From positions 458,852-522,851 of the forward strand of contig JACKGH010000001.1 of the NCBI GenBank assembly GCA_020632075.1: 64,000 nucleotides of DNA. The letters are read 5' to 3'. Both the position numbers and the translations under genes were made by a program. Position 1 is the stretch's first letter; each line of letters begins with the position of its first letter. This stretch comes from Candidatus Nomurabacteria bacterium (GTDB lineage: Bacteria > Patescibacteriota > Minisyncoccia > Phycocordibacterales > UBA918). A model generated the notes under the pieces. That model worked only from the letters and a program-made list of their open reading frames with translations, did no database searches and had not been told where the DNA came from. Positions 21,326-30,833 of this stretch are shown in pieces.

Positions 21326-21650
21326 AACTAATCGTTACGGTTATAAAAATAGGTTTTGAGAAATGTGCAGCAAAAAATCACGCTCGCGCGCTTTTTCTTT
21401 CTCGTACATTCTCTACCCGATGAATAAAAACATCACAATTGTGATTGATGGTCACTGTGTGGAGTTTTTTGTTGAAACATCCTCTGAACAACAAAAAACG
21501 CTACAAGGTACCTAATTTACCCCCGCGCAAAGTAATCTCTCTTCCACAACTCACCCGAGATCGCAATACTGCGTTTGTGGACAAGATTATACAGTAGCCC
21601 CCAAAATATGCAAGCATATTTTGGGGGCTCTGTACATCAAGTACTGGGTG

Positions 21651-22097
21651 TTACTTCAAAATCCGGAAATGACCAATGTATGGCAACTCTTTCTCTTGTC
21701 CTTGATACGCGTTGTACGCGCCGTAAATCACAAGCGCTAATAGAGCCAAGCCGAGTAATTGGTACACAAAAAGACCAATGTCACTCAACATGACCAGAAA
21801 CATACTATGCACAAACGTCACCGCTACCCCGGCAATGAGCAAGATCAGTTGCTGATTGGCATGGAAGCGCACGTACGGCACATTTTTTGTTTTATCATCT
21901 AGAAGTGGTAGGAAAAAGAGAAATGGCAGAATGTAGCCAAGTATTGCAAATGTGCGGTACTCAGAGACATCACTCATCACCTTCTCTTCCGTCTGTGCCT
22001 GGGTTGATTCTGCGGTCGGTTCTGTTGTTGGATTGGTCGGTTCAGTCTGAGGTTCTGTACCTTGTGGCATTTGCTCATTGTTATTTTGTGGTTCCAT
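21651..22097 (-). CDS. small membrane protein (DUF4870-like) with Pro/Thr/Glu-rich N-terminus
   Basis: 148-aa ORF; ILGYILPFLFFLPLL...NVPYVRFHANQQLILLI pattern; two or three TM segments. Confidence 0.5.
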   Translation of the reverse strand: MEPQNNNEQMPQGTEPQTEPTNPTTEPTAESTQAQTEEKVMSDVSEYRTFAILGYILPFLFFLPLLDDKTKNVPYVRFHANQQLILLIAGVAVTFVHSMFLVMLSDIGLFVYQLLGLALLALVIYGAYNAYQGQEKELPYIGHFRILK

Positions 22098-22142
22098 AAT
22101 GATATGTATTACCCTTGTTACTTAAAATAGTATCACAAGATG

Positions 22143-22817
22143 CTATTTTTGTTGTCGTCTTTTTTCTATCTCCTTATGATCTCCGCTCAGAAAGACCTCG
22201 GGTACTTTGAGTTTCTTTTTCTTATACTCGATCACCTCCGGGCGAGTATATGTCTCCCCCGTTGTCGCACGATCGTCTTCGAGCGAATCTATCTCACCCA
22301 GCACGCCTGGTATGTGCCGTGAAGTCGCATCGATGATCGCAAGCGCCGGCAATTCGCCGCCGGTGAGAATGTAGTCACCCACACTCACCTCTTCAGCATT
22401 CAGTGCCGTTTTTACCCGCGCATCGATCCCTTCGTAGCGACCACTAATAAGCACGAGGTGGTCGTATTTTTTGGCGTAGTATTTCGCGCGGGCCTGGCTG
22501 AAAGCCTGCCCGCGCGGCGACATGATCAAGGTTTTCACTTTCTTATGATCCTTCTTGCGACCAACCGCCTTCTCCCAAGCCTTTATGATTGGCTCGGCTT
22601 TCATGACCATACCCGGCCCGCCACCATATGGCTTGTCGTCGACCTTGCGATGTTTATCCTTAGTGAAGTCGCGTGGATTGTAGTATTTCACTTCTATCTT
22701 CTTGCCGCGATGCTTCGCCCCCTTCCCCTTCTCGGTCTTTTGCGCACGCCCAAGCACACTCGCGCTCGTGTACGCTTCACAGACTTCAGGGAATAATGTA
22801 ACAACATGGAATTGCAT
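22143..22817 (-). CDS. trmD: tRNA (guanine37-N1)-methyltransferase
   Basis: 224-aa ORF; SPOUT/TrmD motifs DKPYGGGPGMVMKAEPI and LISGRYEGIDARV. Confidence 0.9.
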   Translation of the reverse strand: MQFHVVTLFPEVCEAYTSASVLGRAQKTEKGKGAKHRGKKIEVKYYNPRDFTKDKHRKVDDKPYGGGPGMVMKAEPIIKAWEKAVGRKKDHKKVKTLIMSPRGQAFSQARAKYYAKKYDHLVLISGRYEGIDARVKTALNAEEVSVGDYILTGGELPALAIIDATSRHIPGVLGEIDSLEDDRATTGETYTRPEVIEYKKKKLKVPEVFLSGDHKEIEKRRQQK

Positions 22818-22818
22818 T

Positions 22819-23235
22819 TTACTTACAACTTAAACTTTCGGGTTCGTCGACTAACTCTACACCATTATTAGACTCGTCAACACAATAGTAATTCCCCTCA
22901 TTATACTGAAACACACTCGCTCTCCATTCGTCTGACGAATCAACACACGTAACATTTGAGTCATCACCCCCATAAGAATCCTGCATAAGCTTCAGGTCTT
23001 CACTCGCTGACTCTAGATAAATCGTGACTGATTCTGAATCACAGCCACCCTTGTAACTATACTGATTTTGATTCCGGTACAATTCCATTTGTGATCGAAT
23101 ATTAGTCAGCTTTTGCTGCAACGCTTCTCCGATACAGTAACTTTCAAAACCATCACAACTATCTTTATCTAAAAGCAACCCATATACAACTACCGCAGAA
23201 AGACACAGACCAATAATTACAATAGTTTTTTTCAT
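22819..23235 (-). CDS. hypothetical secreted Cys-containing protein
   Basis: 138-aa ORF; signal peptide MKKTIVIIGLCLSAVVVYG; 6 Cys. Confidence 0.5.
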   Translation of the reverse strand: MKKTIVIIGLCLSAVVVYGLLLDKDSCDGFESYCIGEALQQKLTNIRSQMELYRNQNQYSYKGGCDSESVTIYLESASEDLKLMQDSYGGDDSNVTCVDSSDEWRASVFQYNEGNYYCVDESNNGVELVDEPESLSCK

Positions 23236-23242
23236 ACACTAA

Positions 23243-23674
23243 CTACAGTTTATCTTTATATTTCTTCAAAAAATACGGAAATTGTGAGTGTTGTGGTTCT
23301 GGAAAATCTTCTAATGCAAACCATTTGAGCTCAAGGCATTTCTCAGGTTCATTTATCTGCACTTCAGTCGGATCAATCTCTACTTTAAAATCATGCTGGA
23401 TCCAGTGTGTAATCTTCCCGTCAATCTCACGAAACACTTCACGGATACCCAGTTTTTCGATCGCGACTACAGACGCATTGCATTCTTCCTTCACCTCTCG
23501 ATGGATTGCCTCTTCGATCGTCTCGCCAAACTTAATTCCACCGCTCCCAACCGGACTCCAGGTAAAGTGCTCATCACGACACTTGTCGCTCCGATGCTCA
23601 AGAAGATACTTTCCTCGCCCATCGTGACACATGGTCGTCACCGCTACACCAATGAAATCAAACCCTTTCTTCAT
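23243..23674 (-). CDS. NUDIX hydrolase
   Basis: Start taken at MKKGFDF just downstream of a 22-bp hairpin; Nudix box GGIKFGETIEEAIHREVKEECN. Confidence 0.75.
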   Translation of the reverse strand: MKKGFDFIGVAVTTMCHDGRGKYLLEHRSDKCRDEHFTWSPVGSGGIKFGETIEEAIHREVKEECNASVVAIEKLGIREVFREIDGKITHWIQHDFKVEIDPTEVQINEPEKCLELKWFALEDFPEPQHSQFPYFLKKYKDKL

Positions 23675-23876
23675 TGCTCGTAGCGTAGCACAGAAACAGC
23701 GCGGCGCCCACAAAGTGGGCGCCGCGCTGTTTCTGTTGGAGTGATCTGTTAGATCTTTAGGTTTCCTAGAGATAAAAATTGGATGAAGAGCGAGGAGTCT
23801 AAGAATTTTACGAGAGAGGCGTACCTTGATGTACGTGACCGAGTAAAATTCTGTAACAACGACGCTATTCGCCAAT

Positions 23877-24230
23877 TTATATCTTTAGGTCGTCAATTGC
23901 TTGATCAAGTGACTTTGGCTCTGCAGCAGGGTTATCTTCCTGCATTGCCTCTGACATTTCGCGACTCATACCCTTACCACCTTCTGGCTCGTTGATCTTA
24001 AGATTAACGCGAGCGTCGTGCTTCATTCCTACGACACGAAGAAGGGTGCGGATGGCCTTAGCGGTGTTTCCAGATCGACCAATGATCTTACCCATATCAT
24101 CTGCGTGCACATCGAGAGTGAGGAGGACTCCCATTTCATCTACTGTACGGTTAATCCCAACCGCATCAGGATGATCCACGAGTGCCTTCACGAGATTCTC
24201 GAGAAACTGCTTATCTTCGTACTGTTCCAT
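23877..24230 (-). CDS. KH-domain RNA-binding protein (YlqC/UPF0109-like)
   Basis: 117-aa ORF; KH core GKIIGRSGNTAKAIRTLL; sits downstream of rpsP as in rpsP-KH-rimM-trmD clusters. Confidence 0.75.
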   Translation of the reverse strand: MEQYEDKQFLENLVKALVDHPDAVGINRTVDEMGVLLTLDVHADDMGKIIGRSGNTAKAIRTLLRVVGMKHDARVNLKINEPEGGKGMSREMSEAMQEDNPAAEPKSLDQAIDDLKI

Positions 24231-24329
24231 ACATCAATTGTGGCTATACTGGTAAGCGACCGTCACAGGAATGCAACGTGCTATTAAAATCATATGAGAC
24301 AGGAGCTCAGTCGTCAATACTTGCATGGG

Positions 24330-24387
24330 AGTAAAAACGCAGCGTTTTCTAACAAAGTAGTAAAAAACGGCCAGCGGCCGTTTCATT
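24330..24387 (-). terminator. tandem hairpin terminators just downstream of rpsP
   Basis: aaaacgc-a-gcgtttt and aacggcc-agc-ggccgtt, each followed by a T run on the minus strand. Confidence 0.7.
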
Positions 24388-24853
24388 ACTTGGTTTCTTC
24401 AGCTTCTGCTTCTGGAGCAGGCGCTTCTTCTTTTGAGGCTTCAGCTTCTGCTGGAGCCGCTTCCTCTGAAACTTCAGTAGATTCTGCTGCTGCTTCAGGA
24501 GCAGCCTCAGCTTCGGCGGCTGCTTTTTCGGCCTCTGCCTTGGCTGCTGCTTCCTCCTCAGCTCGCTTGATCGCCTCTTCGTCGATAATTGGTGACTTCT
24601 TTGGCAACACGTTAATCTTCTTGCCCTCAATCACCTTTTCTGACACAAGCAGGTTGTGCATGGTCTCAGAAGGCTGCACACCCTTTGCAAGCCATTCCTT
24701 AGCCTTGTCCTTATCAAGCTGAATGTGATTCATCTTAGGATTGTACGAACCAAGACGATCGACATGCTTGTCGCTCTTTGGGCCAGTTCGCTTATCGGTA
24801 ACCACAATACGATATGAAGGATCGTTGCGGCGGCCGACTCGTTGTAAACGCAT
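24386..24853 (-). CDS. rpsP: 30S ribosomal protein S16 with A/E-rich C-terminal extension
   Basis: MRLQRVGRRNDPSYRIVV N-terminus typical of bS16 (the 6-frame ORF begins 3 codons earlier at 24862); ~60-aa Ala/Glu/Lys low-complexity tail. Confidence 0.85.
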   Translation of the reverse strand: MRLQRVGRRNDPSYRIVVTDKRTGPKSDKHVDRLGSYNPKMNHIQLDKDKAKEWLAKGVQPSETMHNLLVSEKVIEGKKINVLPKKSPIIDEEAIKRAEEEAAAKAEAEKAAAEAEAAPEAAAESTEVSEEAAPAEAEASKEEAPAPEAEAEETK

Positions 24854-24910
24854 CATTAACATAGTGGCGCTAGCATAGCAGATTGTTTAAATCCGTCAAT
24901 AGCTCTAAAT

Positions 24911-24940
24911 CAAAAGACACCGCTATAAATAGCGGTGTCG
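24911..24940 (-). terminator. intrinsic terminator after the zinc-ribbon gene
   Basis: gacaccgcta-taaa-tagcggtgtc with T4 on the minus strand. Confidence 0.7.
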
Positions 24941-24969
24941 TTCATGACTGAGGTCAAACCAGATTCCGG

Positions 24970-25155
24970 CTAATTCGGATCATGAGCCCAATTTTGCGTA
25001 TACGTACAGTTCGAGCATTTCCATCCTTCTGCAGAAGGAACCAGAACTTCGCCGCATTCACCGCAGGTATACGGATGTGCGCCTACTCGGTTTTGATGTT
25101 CCTGCAATTGCAGAACTTGCTCCTCTGTCCATGGTGCAAAAATCTTCTCAGACAT
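24970..25155 (-). CDS. small zinc-ribbon protein
   Basis: 61-aa ORF with CGEC...CSNC (two CxxC pairs); followed by a terminator hairpin. Confidence 0.5.
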   Translation of the reverse strand: MSEKIFAPWTEEQVLQLQEHQNRVGAHPYTCGECGEVLVPSAEGWKCSNCTYTQNWAHDPN

Positions 25156-25273
25156 TACTTATTCCTCCCATCAAAAAAATTAAGCAGCTACTCCTAGAGG
25201 AAACCATATAGTAGCCATATATGACTGTCAATGATACACTGCGCCAATGAATAAAACCCATGAAGGAGCTATC

Positions 25274-27193
25274 ATGATCCGCGGAAAAGGGACCGGATTT
25301 GTGGCTCACCCAGACCTTGAGGAGGATATTGTGGTAGAGCGCGAAGCCTTAGGCTTCGCGCTCGATGGCGATATTGTTGAAATCGAGCTCAAGAAAAAAG
25401 TCCCTGGCAAGCGCCAAGAAGGCAAGGTTATACGTGTAGTTAAGCCTGCTCATCGCGAGTTGATCGGTACTGTTAAAGAAAAGGAAGAAAACGGCAAGAA
25501 ATTTTTGTATCTCTCGCCCGACAATCGCCGTATTCACATACGACCGGTTTTAAATGAAGCAACTGCCAACGATCTTGATATGAAGGTAGTCGTAGAGATC
25601 ACCAAGTGGTCACAGCCAAATCTTGATCCATTTGCCAAGATCGTTGAGATTATCGGCCGTGCTGGTGATCATGAGACCGAAATGCAGGCGATCATCCGCT
25701 CTGGTGGTTTTTCAAAAGCCTTCCCGGAATCAGTCCAGCAAGCAGCCCACGATCTCTACGAACGCAAAGAGCAGATCTTTGCTGACGCAATTGCCGACCC
25801 AAAGCGCCGCGATGTCCGTGGTGTCACCACCATGACTATCGACCCAGCCGATGCCAAGGACTTCGACGACGCACTCTCGGTCCGCACCCTTGAAAACGGC
25901 AATATCGAAGTTGGTATTCATATTGCCGACGTGTCGCACTACGTGGTTGAAGGCGAACCTCTCGACCAAGAAGCGCAAGAGCGCGGTACTTCAGTGTATC
26001 TCGTCGACCGCGTGATCCCGATGCTCCCGGAAGTTCTCTCAAACGACCTCTGTTCCCTACGCCCAAACGAAGATCGACTCGCGTTCTCAGCCATCTTTGA
26101 ACTCACACCAGAAGCTCGCATTGAAAATGCGTGGTATGGCCAAACAATCATTCACTCAGACAAGCGCTTTGCGTACGAAGACGCACAGAAAGTCCTCGAC
26201 GATCAAGCTGGCGACTACCTCGACGAACTCAACATCATGATGAACCTTTCTCGCCTCTTGCGCAAAAAGCGCTACCAAAGCGGCGCGATCGCTTTTGAGC
26301 AGCCAGAAGTGAAATTTGAACTCGATGAACGAGGTGCGCCGATTCGCGCCTACAAGAAAGAGCGGACTGAAACAATGATGATGATCGAGGACTTCATGCT
26401 CCTCGCCAACCGCGAAGTCGCAACCTACATCAACACAAAAGCAAAAAGTCAGAATCGTGAACTTGCCTTTGTGTATCGAATCCACGACGTTCCAAATCCA
26501 GACAAGATCGAAGAACTTGCTACGTTTGTACACGCCCTCGGACACGAGTTTGAGACCAAGAAAGGTATTGTGAAAGCGACCGAGATCAACAAGCTTATGG
26601 AAGCTGTCGAAGGCACCCCTGAAGAAAACCTCATCAAGACCGCGAGTATCAGGTCCATGGCCAAGGCAGTCTACTCCACCAAGAACATTGGACACTTCGG
26701 ACTCGCCTTCAAATACTACACGCACTTCACCTCACCGATCCGTCGCTACCCCGACCTGATGGTGCACCGTATGTTGCGACGCCATCTTGATGGTTCAAAT
26801 ATTGGTGAAAAAGAGACCGCCAAGTACGAGCGTATCTCAGTCCAATCTTCAGAACGAGAAATGGAAGCCGTGTCTGCCGAACGTGATTCGATCAAGTTCA
26901 AGCAAGTTGAATACATGATGAATCATGTCGGCGAAGAATTCGATGGGGTGATCACCGGCGTAACTGACTGGGGTATCTACGTCCAAGAAACCGGCGCAAT
27001 GGCTGAAGGTATGGTGAAACTCTCCAGTCTTAAGAGCGACTTCTATGAACATGAAGCAAACAAGTACCGTGTCCGCGGGCAGCGCACCGGTAAGGTCTAC
27101 CACCTCGGTGACCCCGTCCGCGTGAAGCTCGTCCGGGCTGACAAAGACGAACGGCAACTTGATTTTGAGATGATTGAGGAGAAGAGTAAGTAG
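25274..27193 (+). CDS. rnr: ribonuclease R (RNB family 3'-5' exoribonuclease)
   Basis: Start at MIRGKG has GAAGGAG 5 nt upstream (the 6-frame ORF starts at 25247); RNB catalytic region YLVDRVIPMLPEVLSNDLCSLRP; C-terminal S1-like domain. Confidence 0.9.
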   Translation: MIRGKGTGFVAHPDLEEDIVVEREALGFALDGDIVEIELKKKVPGKRQEGKVIRVVKPAHRELIGTVKEKEENGKKFLYLSPDNRRIHIRPVLNEATANDLDMKVVVEITKWSQPNLDPFAKIVEIIGRAGDHETEMQAIIRSGGFSKAFPESVQQAAHDLYERKEQIFADAIADPKRRDVRGVTTMTIDPADAKDFDDALSVRTLENGNIEVGIHIADVSHYVVEGEPLDQEAQERGTSVYLVDRVIPMLPEVLSNDLCSLRPNEDRLAFSAIFELTPEARIENAWYGQTIIHSDKRFAYEDAQKVLDDQAGDYLDELNIMMNLSRLLRKKRYQSGAIAFEQPEVKFELDERGAPIRAYKKERTETMMMIEDFMLLANREVATYINTKAKSQNRELAFVYRIHDVPNPDKIEELATFVHALGHEFETKKGIVKATEINKLMEAVEGTPEENLIKTASIRSMAKAVYSTKNIGHFGLAFKYYTHFTSPIRRYPDLMVHRMLRRHLDGSNIGEKETAKYERISVQSSEREMEAVSAERDSIKFKQVEYMMNHVGEEFDGVITGVTDWGIYVQETGAMAEGMVKLSSLKSDFYEHEANKYRVRGQRTGKVYHLGDPVRVKLVRADKDERQLDFEMIEEKSK

Positions 27194-27195
27194 AG

Positions 27196-27240
27196 AAAAT
27201 AAAACAGCCGGGCCCCGAAGGGGCCCGGCTGTTTTATTTT
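27196..27240. terminator. bidirectional intrinsic terminator after rnr
   Basis: aaaacagccgggcccc-gaa-ggggcccggctgtttt-atttt (16-bp stem). Confidence 0.9.
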
Positions 27241-28296
27241 CTACCCTCTCTGTGACCGCAATTGCTCTAAAGCCAATGTCCAAGCTTCACCCTCTACAAG
27301 ATACTTTGCTGAAACAGCGCCATAGCCAGATAAATAATCTCCTGCATCAGACGCTCTAGCGAAATCAATGATCGCTGGCACAAGATCGCGACCGCGCGGG
27401 ATCTGATCAGCCGGAACTTGTTTAAAGTAGTATTTTACGGCCTCAGCCAACCTCCCTGCTCCAGCATGATGAGAATCAGCTGCTAATCGAGGCAATATTT
27501 CGTCCTGCAACGTCTGTTCTTCAACCCCATGCTGACGCAGCAAGTCCATTGTTCCCTGGGACTCAAGATGACTAATAAGCTGATCGTATTTTTCTTCTAG
27601 ATGCAACGCTGCTACCCTGATCTGTTCTGCAGGATCTTGATACTTTTTTGGATCACTGCCGTATGATTCCAGTAGCTTCTCGGATACCTGCAGTAAGCCA
27701 GCATACTCACCATTACGACGTGATGGATCAAACCGAGACTCTTTGGCACACATACCGATTAATAGCTCACGAAGCTTCGCCTGTGCCCGCGGCGGGATCC
27801 CTTCTTGCGTCTCTTCATTCCATGCAAAGGTCACCTTATCTCTTAGATAATCAATAAGCGGCACGCCATCAATCTCTAGCTCAGTCGCATTTCGGAGCGT
27901 CTGCTCGACATCAACCGGAGACAGCTTCTCCACTCCCTCAAGCACTTTCTGCTCCAACACACCAGCAACCGACCCGCCATCAACTTCAGCCCAGTTGGCG
28001 TAGCGTTCAGAATCAAAACCACTATCTGCAGCATAGGTCTCTGTCGTATTATGCTGTGCATCTAGCACCAACGGTTCGGCGTCGGGTGCCTGCCCAGAAT
28101 CCTTCACCGGAGTAAATGTCAAACCTGCTACCAACGCCAAAACTTTACGCAGATCACGCTTTTGCTCTGGCGTGTGAGCACCAAACTCCTCTACTGGATC
28201 TATTTCATCATCAACAAACTCATATCCATCAGTCAAACTATAACTTCCATCACTATACTTTTCTGGAGGGTTTAAACTCGGGCGTATTTTTTCCAT
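27241..28296 (-). CDS. hypothetical protein with lytic-transglycosylase (SLT)-like motif
   Basis: 351-aa ORF; GMCAKESRFDPSRRNGEYAGLLQVS resembles the SLT catalytic ES...GLMQ motif; no obvious signal peptide. Confidence 0.5.
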   Translation of the reverse strand: MEKIRPSLNPPEKYSDGSYSLTDGYEFVDDEIDPVEEFGAHTPEQKRDLRKVLALVAGLTFTPVKDSGQAPDAEPLVLDAQHNTTETYAADSGFDSERYANWAEVDGGSVAGVLEQKVLEGVEKLSPVDVEQTLRNATELEIDGVPLIDYLRDKVTFAWNEETQEGIPPRAQAKLRELLIGMCAKESRFDPSRRNGEYAGLLQVSEKLLESYGSDPKKYQDPAEQIRVAALHLEEKYDQLISHLESQGTMDLLRQHGVEEQTLQDEILPRLAADSHHAGAGRLAEAVKYYFKQVPADQIPRGRDLVPAIIDFARASDAGDYLSGYGAVSAKYLVEGEAWTLALEQLRSQRG

Positions 28297-28310
28297 GTAT
28301 TGATGATAAC

Positions 28311-28338
28311 AAAAAAAGCGGAGAGTAACTCCGCTTTT
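28311..28338 (-). terminator. intrinsic terminator ~250 nt downstream of smc
   Basis: gcggag-agtaa-ctccgc with A7 upstream (T7 on the minus strand). Confidence 0.7.
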
Positions 28339-28590
28339 CGACAGGTGGTCATAATCCAGCCCAGGGCTCGTGATGTGGCCTTACTCGCGCTTTGATCGTA
28401 AGCAGCAACAATGACATTCTGTGATACGTTTTGTACCACCATTTTTGTTGCAGCAAGCGCTGCGCACGATACCCGCGCTTACCTGTCGACAAAGTGTCTC
28501 TGTTTGTTTCATTCATGTACATGTCCTCCGTCAGGTCCGATGGCTGTAACGACTGGGAGAAACAAAAGGTTACATGCACTGCGAGCTCGT

Positions 28591-30831
28591 TTACTTTGCC
28601 ACAGCAGCCGCTTCATCAAACTTCACTGAGAGTACTTTCGAGACACCGTCGGCACCCATGGTAATACCATAGAGAATACCAGCACGACTCATAGTCTCTC
28701 GATTATGTGTGATAAGCACGAGCTGCGACTTCTTTGCAAGGGCCTCGATCATGTCTCCGTATCGGCGACTATTAGCCTCATCAAGCGCTGCGTCGGTCTC
28801 GTCGAGAATAATGAACGGTGGTGGATTGACCTGACTCATTGCAAAGATAAGTGCGATGGAAGTAAGCGCTCGCTCACCGCCTGAAAGCATCTCAAGACCC
28901 TTGACCCGTTTGTTTGGTAGCGAGACATGCAACTCGACTCCGTCCTCGATCTGTGAATCTTCCTCGCCCTCTTCTTCATCACCACGCTTTTTGAGCTCAA
29001 CCCGCTTAAGACTAGCCGCTCCACCACCAAACATAAGGGTGAAAAATGTATGAAATTCTTTCGTGATCTTCTCTAGACCAATGGTAAATTGCTCTTGTAG
29101 CTTCCCTTGCATATCGACGATCAGCTCTTTGAGATTCTGTACCGACTCTTCCAAGTCTGAGAGCTCACGAGCCAAAAATTCATCACGTTCTTTGACAGTG
29201 TTGTATTCCTTAAGCAGGTCCTCGGTTGCACCAACACCAAGCTCCTCAAGTCGGATCTTGAGCTTTTCAAGATCGTGCTGTCGCTTGCGCTGCACACCAC
29301 GATCTTCACTGATGATCATTTGTTCAGTAAGAGTAGAACCAGATTCATTGATGATCTCTTGCTGGTAGTAGTCTGAGGCACCACGACCAAGGAGCGTGAC
29401 CGCTTCTTGTAGTTGTACTTTAAAATCTGCGCGGTCACGCTCCAATACTGCCAACTCCCGATCGATCGCCGCCAATTTCCCTTCACTGTCTCGCTGCTCA
29501 TTCATGAGTTCAAACATCTCTCGTTCTGCTTCGCGATTCTTTTCCGTATCGGCTAGCTGTGCTGACTGCAATCCCTTCAGCTTCGTTGCCGCCTCTTCTT
29601 CAACACCAACCGCTTTGGCAACCATCTTCTCTGCAGCGTGCAACATCTTTGAGAGCGCTTCCAGTTCTTCTTGATCAGCCGCACTTGTGTCGATCACCTC
29701 ACCTTGTTCAGTCTTTAGAAAACCGCGCAACTTCTCTAACAAGTCTTTTAGAGCGCGCTTTACTTCCTTTACATCATCTACATCGAGCGCCTTTTCAGCG
29801 TGCTTCTCGAGCGATTCAACCAACTCTTCAAGCTGAGCTCGTGAGACGACAGTACTCACCGCTGTTTTCTTAGGTGGCGTTGTTAGGCGACGCTCAATGA
29901 ATGAGACCTGCCCTTCAAGCTTGCTGTATTCTCGTTCAGCCTCCTGACGAGCTTGTGCAGCCTTGCGCAACTCCGCCTCAGCTTCAGTTAACTCAGCTGG
30001 TACTTCTGCGGTTTCGGTTTTAGCCAAGAGTGCTTTTACCTCCACCAACTTTTCCTTCACTTCTTCCAGCTGTTTAGCTGGATTCGATCGTTCTTTGGTA
30101 AGGCGATCAAAGTGATGTGCGACATACACATCTTCGCGTTTCAGGTACTCAGCATACTTCGTTCGCAGCTCTTTTTGCACCTCAAGCGAACGTTCAGCTT
30201 TTTCTACCTGCTTCTTTAAATATTTTAAATGTGGCGCAGCCTCACGACGGAGGGACTCAACCTGCGCGATGTTTTCATGGGTCTTTTCTAGTTTGCGCTC
30301 AGTTTCTTGTTTTTTGAGTTGGTACACCTTGAGACCAAGGGCATCTTCGATCATTTCACGACGCTCTTTCGGACCAGCAGCAAGCACTCGATCAGCTTCC
30401 CCCTGGGAAATGATGTGATGTCCGGTCGAACCTATATTCGCGCCAGCTAAAAGCTCATGGATATCTTTGAGTCGAACCGAAGAGTCGTTGAGCTTGTATT
30501 CGTTTTGACCATCACGATGGACGATACGCTCGATTTTGACTTCGTCAAAATCGAGCGCAAGCGACCGACTCTTATTATCGAACACTACCTGCACACTCGC
30601 TCGATTACCACGCGAGACCTTCTCTGAACCACCCCAGATGAGGTCCTCACCACGCTTGCCACGCATTGACTTCACCGACTGCTCTCCGAGTACAAAACGA
30701 AACGACTCAGCAGTATTACTTTTCCCTGAACCGTTCGGACCAACGATCGCGGTGATCGGCGCAGAAAATTCGAGCTCGCTTTTTTTAGCGAATGACTTGA
30801 AGCCATTGATGGTGAGCTCTTTCAAATACAT
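28591..30831 (-). CDS. smc: SMC-family chromosome-partition ATPase, unusually short (746 aa, no evident hinge domain)
   Basis: N-terminal Walker A IVGPNGSGKSN with the canonical SMC N-terminus; C-terminal signature LSGGERALTSIALIFAM and Walker B FIILDETDAALD; central region is coiled-coil-like, with no globular Gly-rich hinge. Confidence 0.8.
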   Translation of the reverse strand: MYLKELTINGFKSFAKKSELEFSAPITAIVGPNGSGKSNTAESFRFVLGEQSVKSMRGKRGEDLIWGGSEKVSRGNRASVQVVFDNKSRSLALDFDEVKIERIVHRDGQNEYKLNDSSVRLKDIHELLAGANIGSTGHHIISQGEADRVLAAGPKERREMIEDALGLKVYQLKKQETERKLEKTHENIAQVESLRREAAPHLKYLKKQVEKAERSLEVQKELRTKYAEYLKREDVYVAHHFDRLTKERSNPAKQLEEVKEKLVEVKALLAKTETAEVPAELTEAEAELRKAAQARQEAEREYSKLEGQVSFIERRLTTPPKKTAVSTVVSRAQLEELVESLEKHAEKALDVDDVKEVKRALKDLLEKLRGFLKTEQGEVIDTSAADQEELEALSKMLHAAEKMVAKAVGVEEEAATKLKGLQSAQLADTEKNREAEREMFELMNEQRDSEGKLAAIDRELAVLERDRADFKVQLQEAVTLLGRGASDYYQQEIINESGSTLTEQMIISEDRGVQRKRQHDLEKLKIRLEELGVGATEDLLKEYNTVKERDEFLARELSDLEESVQNLKELIVDMQGKLQEQFTIGLEKITKEFHTFFTLMFGGGAASLKRVELKKRGDEEEGEEDSQIEDGVELHVSLPNKRVKGLEMLSGGERALTSIALIFAMSQVNPPPFIILDETDAALDEANSRRYGDMIEALAKKSQLVLITHNRETMSRAGILYGITMGADGVSKVLSVKFDEAAAVAK

Positions 30832-30833
30832 AG

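Noticed and set aside
23675-23875. N-terminal 67-aa extension of the Nudix ORF
   Set aside because: The extension is the translation of the 22-bp perfect hairpin and the KH-gene 3' flank. The Nudix fold begins at MKKGFDF.
24294-24722. 142-aa + ORF and 93-aa minus ORF over the rpsP tail
   Set aside because: Alternate-frame translations of the GC-skewed Ala/Glu-coding repeats of the S16 extension.
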